10,281 bases of DNA from positions 1 through 10,281 of the forward strand of contig JAEORO010000227.1 of the NCBI GenBank assembly GCA_016840855.1, written 5' to 3'. Within the stretch, counting starts at the first letter, position 1. The number at the start of each line of letters is the position of its first letter. The notes beneath the pieces were generated by a model. The model made no database searches. It had not been told where the DNA came from and saw only the letters and a list, made by a program, of their open reading frames with translations. Shown one piece after another: positions 8,054 to 10,281 of this stretch. The position numbers and the translations under genes are program-made. This DNA comes from Candidatus Thorarchaeota archaeon (GTDB lineage Archaea > Asgardarchaeota > Thorarchaeia > Thorarchaeales > Thorarchaeaceae).

Positions 8054-9400
8054 TTATTTGACAGCAGTGATTGCTTTATCAAGTCGGGCAACAGCATCAT
8101 CCAAGTTTTCTTTAGTGATAATATAGCTTGGAGTAAATCGAATCACATTCTGTCCAGCTCCAAGAACCCAGAGTTTTTGTTGTTGAACTGCATTCTTTAT
8201 GATGTTGTCTCTAAGCTTTGGTGCTTTTTCTTTGGATTTTTTATCTTTCACAAATTCGATACCAACCATGAGGCCCATTCCTCGAACGTCCCCAACAACC
8301 TCATGTTTATCCTTCAATTCATTTAGGAGTTTTATGAGATATACTCCATGCTCTGCATTCTTTTTGAGATAGTCACCATCTTCAAGCGTCTTTAATATCC
8401 ATAGAGAAAGAAGAGACATTTTTGGCTCTGCGGAAAATGTTTCAGAGTGACGAGATCCTCCTGAGAACATTGGTGCAGGACCGATGGACGCACCCATGGG
8501 ATACCCGCCGCCTATAGCTTTGCCCATTGAAATAAAATCAGGAACTACCCCATGATTCTCGATAGCACACCATTTTCCAGTCCGACCCATACCCGCTTGA
8601 ACCTCATCAGACATAAAATAGGCACCAACCTCACGTGTCAACTCAAATATTCCTTGAACCGCTTTTGCGGGAGGGACAATCAACCCACCTTCACCACAAA
8701 GAGGTTCCATTACAGTAACGGCAATATCATTCCCTTCCACTTGAAGTGCATATCTAAGAGCTTCAACACACTCATCACTGCAGTTCTCGACAGTTGTGCC
8801 ATATGGACATCGGTAACAGTATGGGTAGAAAACACGAATCACATCGAGTCCTTGTGGAAATCCAGACTTATGTTTCGAGTTGGATGCTGTGACTGCAAGT
8901 GCATATCCTGTCCGGCCATGAAAGGCTGGTCTAAAACCAACAACCCTTCGTTTCCCGGTAAGGTCTATTGCAGACTTTAGGCAACCTTCGACAGCTCTAC
9001 CACCAGAAGTTGTGAACATCACACGTTTCTTGTGGTCACCTGGAGTAATTCCTGCGACACGTTCAGCAAGCAGTGTCTGCGGTATTGCATCGAAGTCTTG
9101 TCCAGGGAGCTCGTTAACTACATCATTAATAGTTGCTTCAAAATCAATATAGGGCTTGTATCTAAGACCTAATGCTCTGACAGCTACTCCACCAGTTACA
9201 TCCAGATATTCAGTCCCTTCAACATCAAATATTCTGACTCCTTCGCCTACAGTATGGTCAAGACATCCATAGATATCACGGTCTTGAGTGGTGATTGCAA
9301 GAGCATCAGCAGCTCTTCTCTTCCAATATTCATTTGTCATCATACTCTTGTTAATGTCAAAACCAAAATCTTTCAGAATTTGAATGTGTTTGTCATCCAT
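8054..9400 (-). CDS. Class-III PLP-dependent aminotransferase (4-aminobutyrate/ornithine/acetylornithine-AT family); substrate uncertain
   Basis: Canonical class-III motifs: GEGVRIFDVEGTEYLD, FTTSGGRAVE, AFHGRT, EPLCGEGG, DEVQAGMGRTG, PDFISMGKAIGGG (PLP lysine), GDVRGMGLMVGIEFV, NVIRFTP. Start options are ATG 9400 (GGTTGA upstream), ATG 9412 or TTG 9424. Confidence 0.92.
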   Translation of the reverse strand: MDDKHIQILKDFGFDINKSMMTNEYWKRRAADALAITTQDRDIYGCLDHTVGEGVRIFDVEGTEYLDVTGGVAVRALGLRYKPYIDFEATINDVVNELPGQDFDAIPQTLLAERVAGITPGDHKKRVMFTTSGGRAVEGCLKSAIDLTGKRRVVGFRPAFHGRTGYALAVTASNSKHKSGFPQGLDVIRVFYPYCYRCPYGTTVENCSDECVEALRYALQVEGNDIAVTVMEPLCGEGGLIVPPAKAVQGIFELTREVGAYFMSDEVQAGMGRTGKWCAIENHGVVPDFISMGKAIGGGYPMGASIGPAPMFSGGSRHSETFSAEPKMSLLSLWILKTLEDGDYLKKNAEHGVYLIKLLNELKDKHEVVGDVRGMGLMVGIEFVKDKKSKEKAPKLRDNIIKNAVQQQKLWVLGAGQNVIRFTPSYIITKENLDDAVARLDKAITAVK

Positions 9401-9487
9401 ACTATCAACCATCCATGGATTCAACGGTGTCCGGGGATGATGGCCACATTATCTAATTTGCGGTGTAGGCTAGAGTGCCAGATGTTT

Positions 9488-9859
9488 CTACTTCTTGAAT
9501 ATGAGGAGTAGTCCACCTAATAGAATCATAAGACCTGCAAGTGTATACAAACTTCTAAACCAAGCTATAGGATCTAACGTGATTGCCGGATATGAAACAA
9601 TCAAGATGATTATGAGTCCAAATAGACTCAGGAGTGCTCCTGACTTTTGTACCTTCCATGATATGAATCCGCAGGCATCGAATGCAAGAGCCACCATTAT
9701 TATTATTACAATTCCGAGAAGGATTTCAATGACACCATCCAACGAACCTGGACCTGGGCTCATCATAGCCCTGTAAATCCGTTCGATTGCAAAAATAAGA
9801 AGCACAAGACCACCTAGCACAGTAAAGCCCTGTGCTGCACCTTCAGCTTTACAACCCAT
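9488..9859 (-). CDS. Small membrane protein, ~4 TM helices, unknown function (123 aa)
   Basis: Re-started at ATG 9859 (MGCKAEGAAQ...), which has GGAGG (9874-9870) 10 nt upstream. The extra 41 N-terminal codons in the ORF track run through the promoter region and look non-coding. There are four hydrophobic segments and a C-terminal KK. Confidence 0.8.
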   Translation of the reverse strand: MGCKAEGAAQGFTVLGGLVLLIFAIERIYRAMMSPGPGSLDGVIEILLGIVIIIMVALAFDACGFISWKVQKSGALLSLFGLIIILIVSYPAITLDPIAWFRSLYTLAGLMILLGGLLLIFKK

Positions 9860-9909
9860 CGCTAATTTTCCTCCAAATGAACAGCCACCCCAAATTGATT
9901 CATCGCAGG

Positions 9910-9916
9910 TATTTAA
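9910..9916 (-). promoter_or_regulatory. Putative TATA box for the 9859 gene (and possibly the aminotransferase)
   Basis: TTAAATA on the minus strand ~50 nt upstream of ATG 9859. The same heptamer occurs at 7592-7598 upstream of the other 4-TM gene. Confidence 0.4.
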
Positions 9917-10001
9917 CCATCCTGTATCAGACCCAGATAATACATACACCTGTATTGCTTGGAGGACATGACGGTATGACATTTAGTCACAAACCTGTGA
10001 G

Positions 10002-10281
10002 GTGGCATATACGAGATACTCCAGCTATGACGGGAATAAGAGTACTGAGAGGTCGATAAGACTTGACAAGACCGAGGGACATGTCATCATCGAAGGAAGG
10101 TCATACCCTGCTCGAGAGATTGTCGAAGCTCTCGCACAGAATGGGTACACAGAGCTGAGGACCGTTGGTGATTCACTTATCCTTGGGAATAGACGAATAA
10201 CTCCAATCTTCAAGTCACGTCAGGACCGCGCAATGGCATCACTATGTCATGGTAGCCTCGCCTATTGCTGTCCATTATCAA
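10002..10281 (+). CDS. 3'-truncated hypothetical protein with a Cys motif resembling methanogenesis marker domain 9 (CxGSLxxCC); not in the ORF track
   Basis: After an in-frame TAG (9984-9986) the frame stays open from GTG 10002 to the window end: MAYTRYSSYDGNKSTERSIRLDKTEGHVIIEGRSYPAREIVEALAQNGYTELRTVGDSLILGNRRITPIFKSRQDRAMASLCHGSLAYCCPLS. It is divergent from the 9859 gene. Confidence 0.72.
   Translation, partial: MAYTRYSSYDGNKSTERSIRLDKTEGHVIIEGRSYPAREIVEALAQNGYTELRTVGDSLILGNRRITPIFKSRQDRAMASLCHGSLAYCCPLS

Noticed and set aside
8054-9400. Possibility that the PLP enzyme is a class-III-fold amino-acid racemase or a lysine epsilon-aminotransferase
   Set aside because: It keeps Glu in EPLCGEGG (the racemases I recall have Asp, EPIQGDAG-like) and lacks the Lat-type GKKxQ lysine motif, so no specific gene symbol was assigned.
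6299-9776. ORFs opposite the methyltransferase, 4-TM genes and aminotransferase (6299-6556, 7169-7378, 7634-7867, 8015-8326, 8552-8980, 9254-9511, 9495-9776)
   Set aside because: They overlap well-supported genes on the other strand almost completely. 8015-8326 also starts inside the hairpin.
9832-10213. ORFs 9832-10059 (+) and 10025-10213 (-), and the 41-codon N-terminal extension of 9488-9982
   Set aside because: They span the divergent promoter region or lie antisense to the better 10002->10281 frame. ATG 9859 has a clear GGAGG RBS.
1-10281. CRISPR array, tRNA/rRNA, IS element or diversity-generating retroelement repeats
   Set aside because: No regularly spaced DNA-level repeats, cloverleaf, transposase or reverse transcriptase were seen. 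The repeats present are degenerate and visible only at protein level.

Overview
Archaeal-looking window (TATA-like boxes, GGAGG/GAGGTG ribosome-binding sites, many N-glycosylation sequons). The protein style recalls Asgard archaea such as Thorarchaeia, but that is inference and was not verified. About 60% of the window is the 3' part of a giant single-pass membrane protein that starts upstream of the window. It has at least 15 tandem ~100-115 aa beta-rich Ig-like ectodomain modules, one TM helix, and a ~410 aa cytoplasmic tail ending in four ~60 aa helical repeats. After it come a convergent orphan alpha-class amino-DNA methyltransferase (probably m4C, SPPY), a small 4-TM protein, a perfect 10-bp hairpin, a class-III PLP aminotransferase and a second small 4-TM protein that appears paralogous to the first. 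The last gene is 3'-truncated, missing from the ORF track, and carries a CxGSLAxCC motif resembling methanogenesis marker domain 9. No RNA genes, CRISPR arrays or mobile elements were seen.
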